A DNA stretch of 63,700 bases, filler included, from Octopus bimaculoides (taxonomy: Eukaryota), in assembly GCF_001194135.2 (NCBI RefSeq). It is 6 parts of 5 records of this genome, joined end to end, with 100 filler letters (N's around TTAATTAATTAA, not from the genome) between each part and the next. Parts side by side here need not be neighbours in the genome. Positions count along the whole stretch, not along the records: positions 14,256 to 31,262 come from NC_069002.1; positions 31,363 to 44,928 come from NC_069002.1; 4 more parts are not named here. The stretch is one strand, 5' to 3'. Within the stretch, counting starts at the first letter, position 1; every line of letters starts with the position of its first letter. Below the pieces are notes generated by a model. It saw only the letters and a program-made list of their open reading frames with translations, was not told the origin of the DNA and made no database searches. Shown in pieces: positions 24,444 through 36,680 of the stretch. The translations under genes were made by a program, and so were the position numbers.

Positions 24444-25234
24444 GAACATACATACATACATACATACATACACACATACATACATATACAGATACACACA
24501 TACATACACATATACATATATAAATATATATATACATACGTACATACGCATACATACATACGCACATATATACATGCATATATATATATATANNNNNNNN
24601 NNNNNNNNNNNNNNNNNNNNNNNNNNNNNNNNNNNNNNNNNNNNNNNNNNNNNNNNNNNNNNNNNNNNNNNNNNNNNNNNNNNNNNNNNNNNNNNNNNNN
24701 NNNNNNNNNNNNNNNNNNNNNNNNNNNNNNNNNNNNNNNNNNNNNNNNNNNNNNNNNNNNNNNNNNNNNNNNNNNNNNNNNNNNNNNNNNNNNNNNNNNN
24801 NNNNNNNNNNNNNNNNNNNNNNNNNNNNNNNNNNNNNNNNNNNNNNNNNNNNNNNNNNNNNNNNNNNNNNNNNNNNNNNNNNNNNNNNNNNNNNNNNNNN
24901 NNNNNNNNNNNNNNNNNNNNNNNNNNNNNNNNNNNNNNNNNNNNNNNNNNNNNNNNNNNNNNNNNNNNNNNNNNNNNNNNNNNNNNNNNNNNNNNNNNNN
25001 NNNNNNNNNNNNNNNNNNNNNNNNNNNNNNNNNNNNNNNNNNNNNNNNNNNNNNNNNNNNNNNNNNNNNNNNNNNNNNNNNNNNNNNNNNNNNNNNNNNN
25101 NNNNNNNNNNNNNNNNNNNNNNNNNNNNNNNNNNNNNNNNNNNNNNNNNNNNNNNNNNNNNNNNNNNNNNNNNNNNNNNNNNNNNNNNNNNNNNNNNNNN
25201 NNNNNNNNNNNNNNNNNNNNNNNNNNNNNNNNNN

Positions 25235-25300
<66 letters not shown>

Positions 25301-25303
<3 letters not shown>

Positions 25304-25624
25304 GTCACTAAATGTGACTAGAGTGTTAAAAAACCCCTACATTGCTAGAAATAAGAACTAAATTGCTCTAATATTGTACATGAATGAAAACATATACACT
25401 AACAGGATCCATAATTGTCCGAAAAATACCGACCGTGCTGGCAACGGAAATTGCCGAAACTAATGTTCAGTGTTAAGAATTTTCGATCGGTGTTTTTCGT
25501 ACAATTGTAGTCCCTGTTAGTGTATGTTTTCATTCACATGCGTTAGCTACAGCATTAGAGTGTTTTAGCTCTTATTTCTAGCGATGTAGGTGTTCTTAAC
25601 ACCCTAGTCACATTTAGTGACGAT
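25301..25624. mobile_element. Palindromic MITE (~324 bp, ~135-bp imperfect TIRs, TA flanks)
   Basis: Left arm ATTGTCACTAAATGTGACTAGAGTGTTAAAAACCCCTACATTGCTAGAAATAAG matches the reverse complement of the right arm ATCGTCACTAAATGTGACTAGGGTGTTAAGAACACCTACATCGCTAGAAATAAG. TA on both sides. Confidence 0.85.
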
Positions 25625-26319
25625 TATAATTCTCCATGTTAGAGTCGAGATCACCATATCTGTGTACGTACCGTATTCAGACTCCCGCATATATCCATGC
25701 ATGTAAGGACATCTCCGTACACATACACATACATACATATATACATGAACATATCAATATACACATGCATATAAATGAATACATATATGAAATCATATAC
25801 CCATGCACACCAGCATGCAGTTTCAAGATCTACTGTGGGTTACAGATCCAACGCAGGGAAGGTTTCAGGTGATATGTTTACAGAAAGAAACAATACAATT
25901 GGGTTAAGGTTCACTACAGTTGTGTCAGACGCGTTTGGGTCGGTAAAACACCTATATGTGGATCTTGTGTTGACCCTCACATTTTGCCCACAATTTGTTG
26001 CAAAAATGAGAGGCCCCACAAAATTCCTACATCTTGGAATTTTTTCCGGACCAAATTTTAAAATTTTAATTTCTGAATTCACTTTAAGAAAACGGTTTCT
26101 TCATGATATTATCGGTTTATTCATCAATAAAAACGCGTCTGAAACGGCTGTAGTGTAACTTAACTCATTTCTGTTTCTCTTTTATATATACATACATACA
26201 TACATACATACATACATACATACATACATGTATACATACATACATGCATACATACATACATACATTTATACATACATACATTTATGCACATATATATATA
26301 TATTCTTTTCATTCTTTTA

Positions 26320-26791
26320 TTCTTGAAGTTGTGTCAGTCATTTGACTGCGGCCATGCTGGAGCACCACCCTTAGTCGAACAAATCGACCCTAGGGCTTAT
26401 TCTATCAGGATTTTTCCCGAACCGCTAAGTTACGGAGATGTAAACACACCAACACCAGTTGTCAAGAGATGGTGGGGTCATACACAGACGCACAAAAACA
26501 TTATATGCATATATATANNNNNNNNNNNNNNNNNNNNNNNNNNNNNNNNNNNNNNNNNNNNNNNNNNNNNNNNNNNNNNNNNNNNNNNNNNNNNNNNNNN
26601 NNNNNNNNNNNNNNNNNNNNNNNNNNNNNNTATATATATATGACGGGTTTCTTTCAGTTTCCACCTACCAAATCCACTCACAAGGCTTTGGTCGGCCCGA
26701 GGCTATAGTAGAGGACACGTGCCCAAGGTGCCACGCAGTGGGACTGAACCTGGTACCATATGGTTGGGACGCAAGCTTCTTACCACACAGT
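26320..26791 (-). mobile_element. SINE family C spanning a gap
   Basis: Tail GTCAGTCATTTGACTGCGGCCATGCTGGAGCACC and head CAAGCTTCTTACCACACAG match 664-1058. Confidence 0.88.
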
Positions 26792-26860
26792 CAAGTCAAT
26801 TCAAATAAACAAACAATTAAAAAGAAGCGAAAAAATAAAACGAACGCTGAAAGGAAAGAG

Positions 26861-26894
26861 TTTGACGTTTCGTACATAATTCTTCATCGGAAAG
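26861..26894 (-). ncRNA. Degenerate minimal hammerhead-like motif
   Basis: Minus strand CTTT-CCGATGA-AGAATTATGTAC-GAAACGTC-AAA; stem II is eroded. Confidence 0.35.
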
Positions 26895-28240
26895 GAGAAA
26901 TGGTAAAAGGCCAAAGATGGAGAAGAATTTGCCAACAGCACACGTGTAGCTACATTGCTGAAGCAGTTACATTTCTGAAGTATATATATATATTGTGTGT
27001 GTGTGTCAGGTAAAATGATTAAATTCAACTTATTTGTGAAAAGTAAAACTAACGCAATACACATCTAATTTTCATGTTTTATCTTCAAATTATAGAAGTG
27101 TTTATGCAACACCCGAACACTTTACCTGACCTGTTTTCTTATTAGGGATCTATACCAAGTAGTAGTGATCTTTATATGTTGTCTTCTTCCTTTTTGACGG
27201 AGATTTCATTTTGTTTGCTCTCTTTGTTTTAGTTTGGTATACCAAATATCAAATATGCGCGCACGCACACACACACATGTCTATATATACATGTATATAT
27301 GTATGTGTGTGTGCACACGTATGCATATATATATATATATATATAAATATATATATNNNNNNNNNNNNNNNNNNNNNNNNNNNNNNNNNNNNNNNNNNNN
27401 NNNNNNNNNNNNNNNNNNNNNNNNNNNNNNNNNNNNNNNNNNNNNNNNNNNNNNNNNNNNNNNNNNNNNNNNNNNNNNNNNNNNNNNNNNNNNNNNNNNN
27501 NNNNNNNNNNNNNNNNNNNNNNNNNNNNNNNNNNNNNNNNNNNNNNNNNNNNNNNNNNNNNNNNNNNNNNNNNNNNNNNNNNNNNNNNNNNNNNNNNNNN
27601 NNNNNNNNNNNNNNNNNNNNNNNNNNNNNNNNNNNNNNNNNNNNNNNNNNNNNNNNNNNNNNNNNNNNNNNNNNNNNNNNNNNNNNNNNNNNNNNNNNNN
27701 NNNNNNNNNNNNNNNNNNNNNNNNNNNNNNNNNNNNNNNNNNNNNNNNNNNNNNNNNNNNNNNNNNNNNNNNNNNNNNNNNNNNNNNNNNNNNNNNNNNN
27801 NNNNNNNNNNNNNNNNNNNNNNNNNNNNNNNNNNNNNNNNNNNNNNNNNNNNNNNNNNNNNNNNNNNNNNNNNNNNNNNNNNNNNNNNNNNNNNNNNNNN
27901 NNNNNNNNNNNNNNNNNNNNNNNNNNNNNNNNNNNNNNNNNNNNNNNNNNNNNNNNNNNNNNNNNNNNNNNNNNNNNNNNNNNNNNNNNNNNNNNNNNNN
28001 NNNNNNNNNNNNNNNNNNNNNNNNNNNNNNNNNNNNNNNNNNNNNNNNNNNNNNNNNNNNNNNNNNNNNNNNNNNNNNNNNNNNNNNNNNNNNNNNNNNN
28101 NNNNNNNNNNNNNNNNNNNNNNNNNNNNNNNNNNNNNNNNNNNNNNNNNNNNNNNNNNNNNNNNNNNNNNNNNNNNNNNNNNNNNNNNNNNNNNNNNNNN
28201 NNNNNNTATATATATATATATATATATATATATGCATATA

Positions 28241-29118
28241 CGTGGTATGATTAATAAGTATCAGGACTGTTACCATAGGAACGAAGACAAAGCACGCAGA
28301 ATGAAGCCGCTTAGCAAAGACTGGCCTTGAACTCTGCTGTGCATGCGCACTAAGTTTTAGCGTTTTAGCTCACTTCCGCTGTATACAGCAGTGCTTAGAA
28401 GGAATGTGTGAAGCGAGTGTTCATCGCATTGACCATGACAGAGAAAGTTGTCATGGCGATACCTGCTTAGAGGCCTACGCAAAGTCCCAGAAAATCTATG
28501 GAAAGGAGTGTATGAGTCGCACTCAAGTGTACGAGTGGTTCGGATGTTTCCAAGATGGCTGAAAAATGTCGATAGGACGAACGTGCTGGGAGACCCACAA
28601 CCAGCAGAACTGAGAAGAACATCGCAGATGTTCGTGCATCTGTGAGGGGAAATCGCTGAATCACCATCCGTGAATTATCAGAGGATGTGCAGATTAATTA
28701 CGGTTCAATTATCACTGTAGCATTGGGTATGAGACGCGTGTCTGTCACGTTTGTGCCAAAACTGCTTTCAGCTGACCAAAAGGACTCTCAGGTTTCAGTT
28801 GCACAAAATCTCCTTGATCGTGTCGAGAACGATGAAAGCTTTTTGAAAACTAGGCCTCTGAGCAGGTATCACCAAGCTTTTAGCAAAATTTGATGCAGAG
28901 TCTCCGTTCAACTTTCACTGTCATGGCCAATGCGACGAACACACGCTACACACGTTACTTCCAAGCACTGCTGTAAACAGCAGAAGTGAGCTAGGACGTT
29001 AAAACTTAATGCGCCTGCACAGTAGAGTTCAAGATTAATCTGTACCAAGCAGCTTTATTCTACGGGCTTTAGCTTCGTTACTATGGCAACAGTCCGGATA
29101 CTTATCGATCAGACTACT
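28241..29118. mobile_element. Mariner deletion derivative bounded by two inverted 5' ends
   Basis: The plus-strand middle encodes MSRTQVYEWF..ERAGRPTTS..ITIRELSEDV..FVPKLLSADQK (HTH half only). The reverse complement of 28852-29118 repeats the TIR, the 5' UTR and MTVKVERRLCIKFC*KLGDTCSEA. Confidence 0.85.
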
Positions 29119-29451
29119 TATATAAATACATACATATAGATATAAAATTAATCGAAGGACATATTAAGTACGTCTACCTGCTGGAAATAATAGTCAAAAC
29201 TCATTTAAATTGCCAAAATACACTGATAATAACGATAGAAATCAACCGACCGAAGGCAAATGGGCTAAGACAATCGCTCGACATATATTCAAGTATTTGG
29301 ACTCACGTGGACCGGTTTCTGGACTGCCATAATAGCCTCACCTTCCTCAGCACGCATTACCATGATAGAAAGCCCCAACTCACCGTGTTGAAGTCTACGC
29401 TGCAACTAATTCGTTTTGCGCCGAATCATGGCAGCCACAAGTGTGAAAATA

Positions 29452-29640
29452 ATTTCAATACGGAGCAAATAATTCACGAGAAAATAATTTACGAAGACAT
29501 CATTGACTCTATTATTATCTAGTGTAACATATTATCATTTTTAAATTGTTACACTAGATAATAATAGAGTCAATGATGTCTTTGCAAATTATTTTCTCGT
29601 GAATTATTTTTCTCGTGAATTATTTGCTCCGTATTGAAAT
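29452..29640. repeat. Near-perfect ~190 bp inverted repeat (hairpin/MITE)
   Basis: Arms ATTTCAATACGGAGCAAATAATTCACGAGAAAATAAT...CTAGTGTAACA and its complement surround a 17-nt loop; the right arm has a ~16-bp internal duplication. Confidence 0.92.
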
Positions 29641-29697
29641 ACATATAGATATATATACTTTATTATTAAAGGTGCAAAGGCATCACACACACAAAAA

Positions 29698-29817
29698 AAA
29701 AACTACTACTGAGAGTTTCACGTTCCCGTTAGTCGGACAGTTGTGATACAGAATGTTGTGATTCGGAATCACAGCTGTCCGACGAACGGAAACGTGAAAC
29801 TCTGAGTAGTAGCTTTT
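29698..29817. repeat. Second ~120 bp inverted repeat
   Basis: AAAACTACTACTGAGAGTTTCACGTTCCCGTTAGTCGGACAGTTGTGAT pairs with ATCACAGCTGTCCGACGAACGGAAACGTGAAACTCTGAGTAGTAGCTTTT. Confidence 0.9.
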
Positions 29818-29932
29818 CTATGATGTCTTTTACAGCTTTAATAATAAAGCATATTACTCTACCTCCGGTATTCGAGTACTATTTTCACACCTTGTTTCAC
29901 ATTTATGTAGTTACTCTGACAAGATATATATA

Positions 29933-29979
<47 letters not shown>

Positions 29980-30647
29980 NNNNNNNNNNNNNNNNNNNNN
30001 NNNNNNNNNNNNNNNNNNNNNNNNNNNNNNNNNNNNNNNNNNNNNNNNNNNNNNNNNNNNNNNNNNNNNNNNNNNNNNNNNNNNNNNNNNNNNNNNNNNN
30101 NNNNNNNNNNNNNNNNNNNNNNNNNNNNNNNNNNNNNNNNNNNNNNNNNNNNNNNNNNNNNNNNNNNNNNNNNNNNNNNNNNNNNNNNNNNNNNNNNNNN
30201 NNNNNNNNNNNNNNNNNNNNNNNNNNNNNNNNNNNNNNNNNNNNNNNNNNNNNNNNNNNNNNNNNNNNNNNNNNNNNNNNNNNNNNNNNNNNNNNNNNNN
30301 NNNNNNNNNNNNNNNNNNNNNNNNNNNNNNNNNNNNNNNNNNNNNNNNNNNNNNNNNNNNNNNNNNNNNNNNNNNNNNNNNNNNNNNNNNNNNNNNNNNN
30401 NNNNNNNNNNNNNNNNNNNNNNNNNNNNTTATTGTCGGACAAAAGGTAGAGATGCTGTAACACTGTTCACGAAATTCACTAGGACGAAACACGTGCCAAC
30501 AGCTATTGTCTTGTCTCCAACTGCCTGTAGGTGATTGTTCTTCCCTGTCTGGAAGCGGAGATTATTTCAATAAAAATACAAATGTGTCTTGTTTTATGTT
30601 CTTCAAATATATGCTCTTGGATCGTCTGGGTTAATTTTCTTGACTCA

Positions 30648-30706
<59 letters not shown>

Positions 30707-31362
30707 GCAGGCACCCACATTTAGGCATCAAATGCGATTTCAATAATTCAAGAATATTAGTGCTGTTGCTCCTATTGTTTGTACTTCAAACCATTCCTGA
30801 TTGAGAACGCCTAAAGATCAAAAAAACGTTTTTACTTTACAGAAAATTAGGAACCTTTTGCTATTTCTAGCAAATCGAGAGACTACTGAAGAGGAGCCGT
30901 TGAGTTACGGTTGACATATGACGGTTCAGTTAAAAAGCAATAGCTGATAGAATTTTGCAGACTAAGAACATATATTATTGATTTTTGTAGTATATTTCTT
31001 TTTTGAGAGATTTACCGACATTTCTGATATTTTATTATTTCATGGCTTAACAACTTTGAAGCATAATCAGTGACAGTTAAAATATCTCGTTCTGTTGGAA
31101 ATATGAAAGAGTTACTGGCAAGGTATATACACACACACATACGCACACACATACACACGCATACATATATGTGCCTGTATATGTACATATGTCTGTAATA
31201 AATGCATATATACACACAAATATATATATATATATATACATTTAAACACACACCTATGTATANNNNNNNNNNNNNNNNNNNNNNNNNNNNNNNNNNNNNN
31301 NNNNNNTTAATTAATTAANNNNNNNNNNNNNNNNNNNNNNNNNNNNNNNNNNNNNNNNNNNN

Positions 31363-31663
31363 GTGTTTATTGAGCGAAAATACCTAAAGCTCCACGAGGC
31401 TCTGGCAGGGGATGGTGGCGAACCCTGCTGTACTCTTTCACCACAACTTTCTCTCACTCTTACTTCCTCTTTCTGTTGTGCCTGTAATTCAAAGGGTCAG
31501 CCTTGTCACACTGTGTCACGCTGAATATCCCCGAGAACTACGTTATGGGTACACGTGTCTGTGGAGTGCTCAGCCACTTGCACGTTAATTTCACGAGCAG
31601 GCTGTTCCGTTGATCGGATCAACTGGAACCCTCGACGTCATAAGCGACGGAGTGCCAACAACA
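31363..31663 (+). mobile_element. SINE family A (head lost in gap)
   Basis: High identity to 1975-2341; ends GACGGAGTGCCAACAAC. Confidence 0.9.
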
Positions 31664-31749
31664 AATCCTTCATAAAGTCTGAGTTCTGAGTTCTAATATC
31701 GCTGCTGTTAGTGGTGGTGGTACCTTATGAGCAAATCTGGGAATAAGTG

Positions 31750-32090
31750 GCGGTGTTGGTGGGGATGGGGGTGCAGGTGTTGGTGCTTGTGGAAGTGGTG
31801 GTGGTGATAATGACGACGAAGTTGATGATGGTGATGATCATGATGATGGTGATGATCATAACGATGACGATGATGATAGTGGTGATGGTGTTGGTGGTGG
31901 TGGTGGTGGTGGTGGTGGTAATGTGTTTGTGCCATTGTCGCTATTATCAATTCTTAATTATACATTACTTCCATCACAATCAGGACAGCCATCATTTTCA
32001 GCCATCCTCATCATCATCATCCTCATCATCATCAGCATCACCACCACCACCACCACCACCACCACCACCACCATCACCATCACCACCTTC
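31750..32090. repeat. Cryptic trinucleotide repeats (GGT/GAT)n and (CAT/CAC)n
   Basis: Directly visible; explains the poly-His/Val/Pro ORFs. Confidence 0.9.
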
Positions 32091-33188
32091 TGTGCCAGAG
32101 ATCGTAAAACGGGTAGGGATGTTAAAACTGTTTCTTATGCTCTATTAAGACATTNNNNNNNNNNNNNNNNNNNNNNNNNNNNNNNNNNNNNNNNNNNNNN
32201 NNNNNNNNNNNNNNNNNNNNNNNNNNNNNNNNNNNNNNNNNNNNNNNNNNNNNNNNNNNNNNNNNNNNNNNNNNNNNNNNNNNNNNNNNNNNNNNNNNNN
32301 NNNNNNNNNNNNNNNNNNNNNNNNNNNNNNNNNNNNNNNNNNNNNNNNNNNNNNNNNNNNNNNNNNNNNNNNNNNNNNNNNNNNNNNNNNNNNNNNNNNN
32401 NNNNNNNNNNNNNNNNNNNNNNNNNNNNNNNNNNNNNNNNNNNNNNNNNNNNNNNNNNNNNNNNNNNNNNNNNNNNNNNNNNNNNNNNNNNNNNNNNNNN
32501 NNNNNNNNNNNNNNNNNNNNNNNNNNNNNNNNNNNNNNNNNNNNNNNNNNNNNNNNNNNNNNNNNNNNNNNNNNNNNNNNNNNNNNNNNNNNNNNNNNNN
32601 NNNNNNNNNNNNNNNNNNNNNNNNNNNNNNNNNNNNNNNNNNNNNNNNNNNNNNNNNNNNNNNNNNNNNNNNNNNNNNNNNNNNNNNNNNNNNNNNNNNN
32701 NNNNNNNNNNNNNNNNNNNNNNNNNNNNNNNNNNNNNNNNNNNNNNNNNNNNNNNNNNNNNNNNNNNNNNNNNNNNNNNNNNNNNNNNNNNNNNNNNNNN
32801 NNNNNNNNNNNNNNNNNNNNNNNNNNNNNNNNNNNNNNNNNNNNNNNNNNNNNNNNNNNNNNNNNNNNNNNNNNNNNNNNNNNNNNNNNNNNNNNNNNNN
32901 NNNNNNNNNNNNNNNNNNNNNNNNNNNNNNNNNNNNNNNNNNNNNNNNNNNNNNNNNNNNNNNNNNNNNNNNNNNNNNNNNNNNNNNNNNNNNNNNNNNN
33001 NNNNNNNNNNNNNNNNNNNNNNNNNNNNNNNNNNNNNNNNNNNNNNNNNNNNNNNNNNNNNNNNNNNNNNNNNNNNNNNNNNNNNNNNNCAAACATGCGT
33101 AAATGTTGATAAAATTACGTTAATGACATTAAACATTATTATCACCATCATTATTATTATTATCATTATTATTATTATTATAATTATT

Positions 33189-33223
<35 letters not shown>

Positions 33224-33379
33224 TTGATATTGTTGTTGTACAAACCCAAATTCTGCACAAAAAAAAAAAAAATTGGAAAGAAATCACCGGAGCATCTCCC
33301 TTCCGTCAGCCATCTTCTTGCGCCATATTAATATATGACGACGACGACAACGACGACAACAGCAGTAAACTAATAAAGG

Positions 33380-33575
33380 AGCCTACAAGAAGTGCCTCGA
33401 TCTGCTAGATGCAGTAAACAAATCTCCTTCAAATCACATAACCTATCAGGGTTTGATAGGGAGTCGTTGGATAATGAGTTTCTGAGTTTGTAGATAGGAT
33501 GGTCTCGGTTGGAACACCTTTTATCATAGCTTTCCGATATCAGGGCTGACCTGGGGCTAAACTTACAACAATTAC
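33380..33575 (+). repeat. Old SINE-like tail; second copy at ~41210-41330 on the minus strand
   Basis: Shared blocks TTGGATAATG, GGATGGTC(T/A)CGG, GAA.ACCTTT and GCTG(A/G)CCTGG(G/A)G.TAAA. Confidence 0.55.
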
Positions 33576-33650
33576 TGTAACAACTATTAGAAGCTACAAC
33601 ATTGAGGACAGCTGATTGGGTTAGATGGGATATAATAATAATAATAATAA

Positions 33651-33816
33651 TGTTAAATCTCTGAACGAGGTATTAACAGTAACTGCACGATAGAGTGAAG
33701 TATATTTGCCACTTAAATGTGGCTGACCCCTAAGGGTGGATGTTACTGTTGCTTTTAGCCCCAGGAGAACATCTCCTCCAGCTGGCTTATCGACATACAT
33801 CTGTGTCCTGTCTCCT

Positions 33817-33817
<1 letters not shown>
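33651..33817. repeat. Complex ~165 bp element embedded in (AAT)n
   Basis: Unique-complexity sequence flanked on both sides by AAT arrays. Confidence 0.5.
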
Positions 33818-33866
<49 letters not shown>

Positions 33867-33867
<1 letters not shown>

Positions 33868-34080
33868 GTGGTTTCAGATTTTGCCACAAGGGCAGCAATT
33901 TTGGGGGGAGGGGATGAGTCGATTACATCGACCCCAGTGTTGAACTGGTACTTATTTTATCGATTCCCTAAAGGATGAAAGGTAAAGTCGACCTCACCGG
34001 TATCTGGACTCAGAGGTAGCGACGGGCGAAATACCGCTTAGCATTTCGTCCAGCGCGCTAACGATTCTGCCAGCTCGCCT
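33867..34080 (-). mobile_element. SINE family B
   Basis: Reverse complement of head GGCGAGCTGGCAGAATCGTTAGC, core CCTTTCATCCTTTAGGGAATCGATAAAATAAGTACCAG and tail CCTTGTGGCAAAATCTGAAACC. Confidence 0.88.
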
Positions 34081-34098
34081 AATAACAACAATAAAAAC

Positions 34099-34135
<37 letters not shown>

Positions 34136-34140
34136 GTAAT

Positions 34141-34610
34141 GCGAGCTCTGGCATTCAGCATGCAAGCATGAAAGAGAAGATCAGGAAAGAGTGTTACAGG
34201 AGAGTTCAAGCAGTCCTGAAATCCGAATTAAATGCACGTAACAAGGTGTTAGCTATGAATTCCTTAGCAGTTCCAGTTGTTATTTACAGTTTCAATGTGT
34301 TGAACTGGAATATGAGCGAAATAAAGAAGATTAACAGGAAAATCCGTTAGCTGCTGACTTGCAAAAAGACGCAGCTCCCAAAGGCAGACACAGATCGTCT
34401 TTACTTTCCCAGAGCGTGAGGAGGTCGACGCTTGATCCAATTTGAAATCTCTTACAAAACTACCACAATTGGACTGGCAAAATATCTTGAAACATCTAAC
34501 GACTGGATGCTAAAGTACGTTGAAAACCACAAGAGACGCTAGAAGCTTCGTTTTATCATGAAGGAGAGCAAAAAATTTAGTAGTGAGCTCATGCATAATA
34601 ATCAGATTGA
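34141..34610 (+). mobile_element. R4/Dong-clade RT C-terminal fragment starting at an (AAT)n array
   Basis: KEKIRKECYRRVQAVLKSELNARNKVLAMNSLAVPVVIYSFNVLNW and ADTDRLYFPRA*GGRRL; in-frame stops. Confidence 0.88.
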
Positions 34611-35351
34611 ACAGCATGATGGAAGTACGACATCTGTGGTTGCAAGAAGGTGAAATCAATGGCAAACCAAAAAAGCTGATAGGTGGGAACAAAAACATTG
34701 AGTAACCTAATGGTTATAGGTGGGAACAAAAAACAAGATTAGCATAATGGGAAAGAAAGAAAGAATTCAACAATGTGAAATCCTCAATAGACAGGAGACA
34801 TTAGAGGGTTGCTCATGGAAAATCCCCATAAAAATAAAAACATGGGTACCCTGAATTTCAGGGCAGGTGCCTTTTCTTCTTTCCTTTTCTTCAATTACAA
34901 GCGTATGTGCAGAGCAGGCCCGTCCACTCTCACCATTCTCGCCACTTTCATCGACATATTGTGTGCAATATGGCAGCAAACATTTCGGACGAAACAACCT
35001 TTTTCAGATCAAAGCTCAAAGCTAGCTGCTGCTTCTCTATTTATTCTTCACTCTGATGAAGCTCCTTGTTTCAGATCGGTTTTATTATCAAATATTATTA
35101 ATATTTTTACGTATTTTGAATACCATATAACACTGGAAGCAGAAACAGCTGTTAGATTGGATGCAGTCTATTTGCATTGAATTAATAAATAATAACTGAT
35201 GTNNNNNNNNNNNNNNNNNNNNNNNNNNNNNNNNNNNNNNNNNNNNNNNNNNNNNNNNNNNNNNNNNNNNNNNNNNNNNNNNNNNNNNNNNNNNNNNNNN
35301 NNNNNNNNNNNNNNNNNNNNNNNNNNNNNNNNNNNNNNNNNNNNNNNNNNN

Positions 35352-35382
<31 letters not shown>

Positions 35383-35387
35383 GTATA

Positions 35388-35535
35388 CACGACGGGTTTC
35401 AGTTTACGTCAACCAAATCCACTCACAAGGTTTTGGTCGGCCCGAGTCTATAATAGAAGACACTTGCGCAAAGTGGGACTAAAACCGAAACTATCTACAT
35501 CTCTGAGAAGCAAGCTTCTTACCACACAGCCACGC
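35388..35535 (-). mobile_element. SINE family C, 5' half
   Basis: GACGGGTTTCAGTTTACGTCAACCAAATCCACTCACAAGG...CAAGCTTCTTACCACACAGCCACGCC. Confidence 0.85.
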
Positions 35536-36289
35536 CAAGGAGAGAAAAAGAGAGCAATTTCATATTCTAGATATTTTTTCATCAGAACCATTCGTCTTCC
35601 CTTTTAAAGAAGCAATCCATTTCTATCTTTGTAGCGAGTAATTATCCCTGTATCATGTCGTATCTTCTGCATATTTGGAGCAGATCGTTTGTGTTCAATA
35701 TGGCAGCGAACATTTCGGACGAAACAACCGTATTCAGATCAAAGCTCAAAGCTTGTTGCTCATTCTCTGTCAGCTCGATGATACCAAATTCTGCTTATTC
35801 CATAACATGTATTCGATACGTTATCTCCAGTTTCTACGCCCAAATATTAATGCCTGTTTATACATACATATATATATAATCATTATATACATATATATGG
35901 ATGGACGGATGGATGGATGTATAGATATGCGTGCACACAAACACACACATACATACAAACACACACAGCTTTAGGCACAGACACGTTTTCTAAAAAAAAT
36001 TGTCTGTGCGGAGTTCCAATTTTCATAATTGATAATGGTTGCCGCTGTTTTGTCCAATCATAGACACACAAACACACGCGCGCGCGCACGCACACATGTA
36101 TACATACATGCATTCATACAACCTCTTGCATGTGTTAATGCACCCCCCCCCCCAACAAACACATAAATACTCGCACACTAACATCTATGTGACACAGATA
36201 TATATAAAGATGCCTGCCCACAGACACACATATGTATGAACAGAAACACAAATCAGACAGCTGCACACAAGCAGGTATATTATATATGA

Positions 36290-36578
36290 TTACGTGTAAT
36301 GTGTGTATGTATATGTAACTATAGGTGTGTGTCTGTGTGTGTGTGTGTGTGTGTGTGTCTGTGTACGAATGTATGTATGCATGTGCATATGTGAATGAGT
36401 GAGTGCATAAATGCTACACGAGTATATACGCCAGGTTGTATATCCATTTGTGTATATGTATATATATATATATATATGTATATTTATGTATATGTACACA
36501 TACATATTTATACATATGTACATACATATATACACATATATATACATATATGTGTATGTATATATATGTGTGTGTGTG

Positions 36579-36622
<44 letters not shown>

Positions 36623-36680
36623 TGTATGTATATATATATATATATGTATGCATGTATGTATGGATATGTGTATACATACA
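36290..36680. repeat. Degenerate (TA/TG/CA)n microsatellite field
   Basis: Directly visible; source of the YIYI/CVCV ORFs. Confidence 0.95.

Noticed and set aside
29130-29522. ~130-codon open frame (IWTHVDRFLDCHNSL...)
   Set aside because: It starts in a microsatellite and ends inside a palindromic repeat, with no motif or splice support.
31708-32148. Poly-His and poly-Val/Pro ORFs
   Set aside because: Products of CAT/CAC/GGT trinucleotide repeats; open in several frames on both strands.
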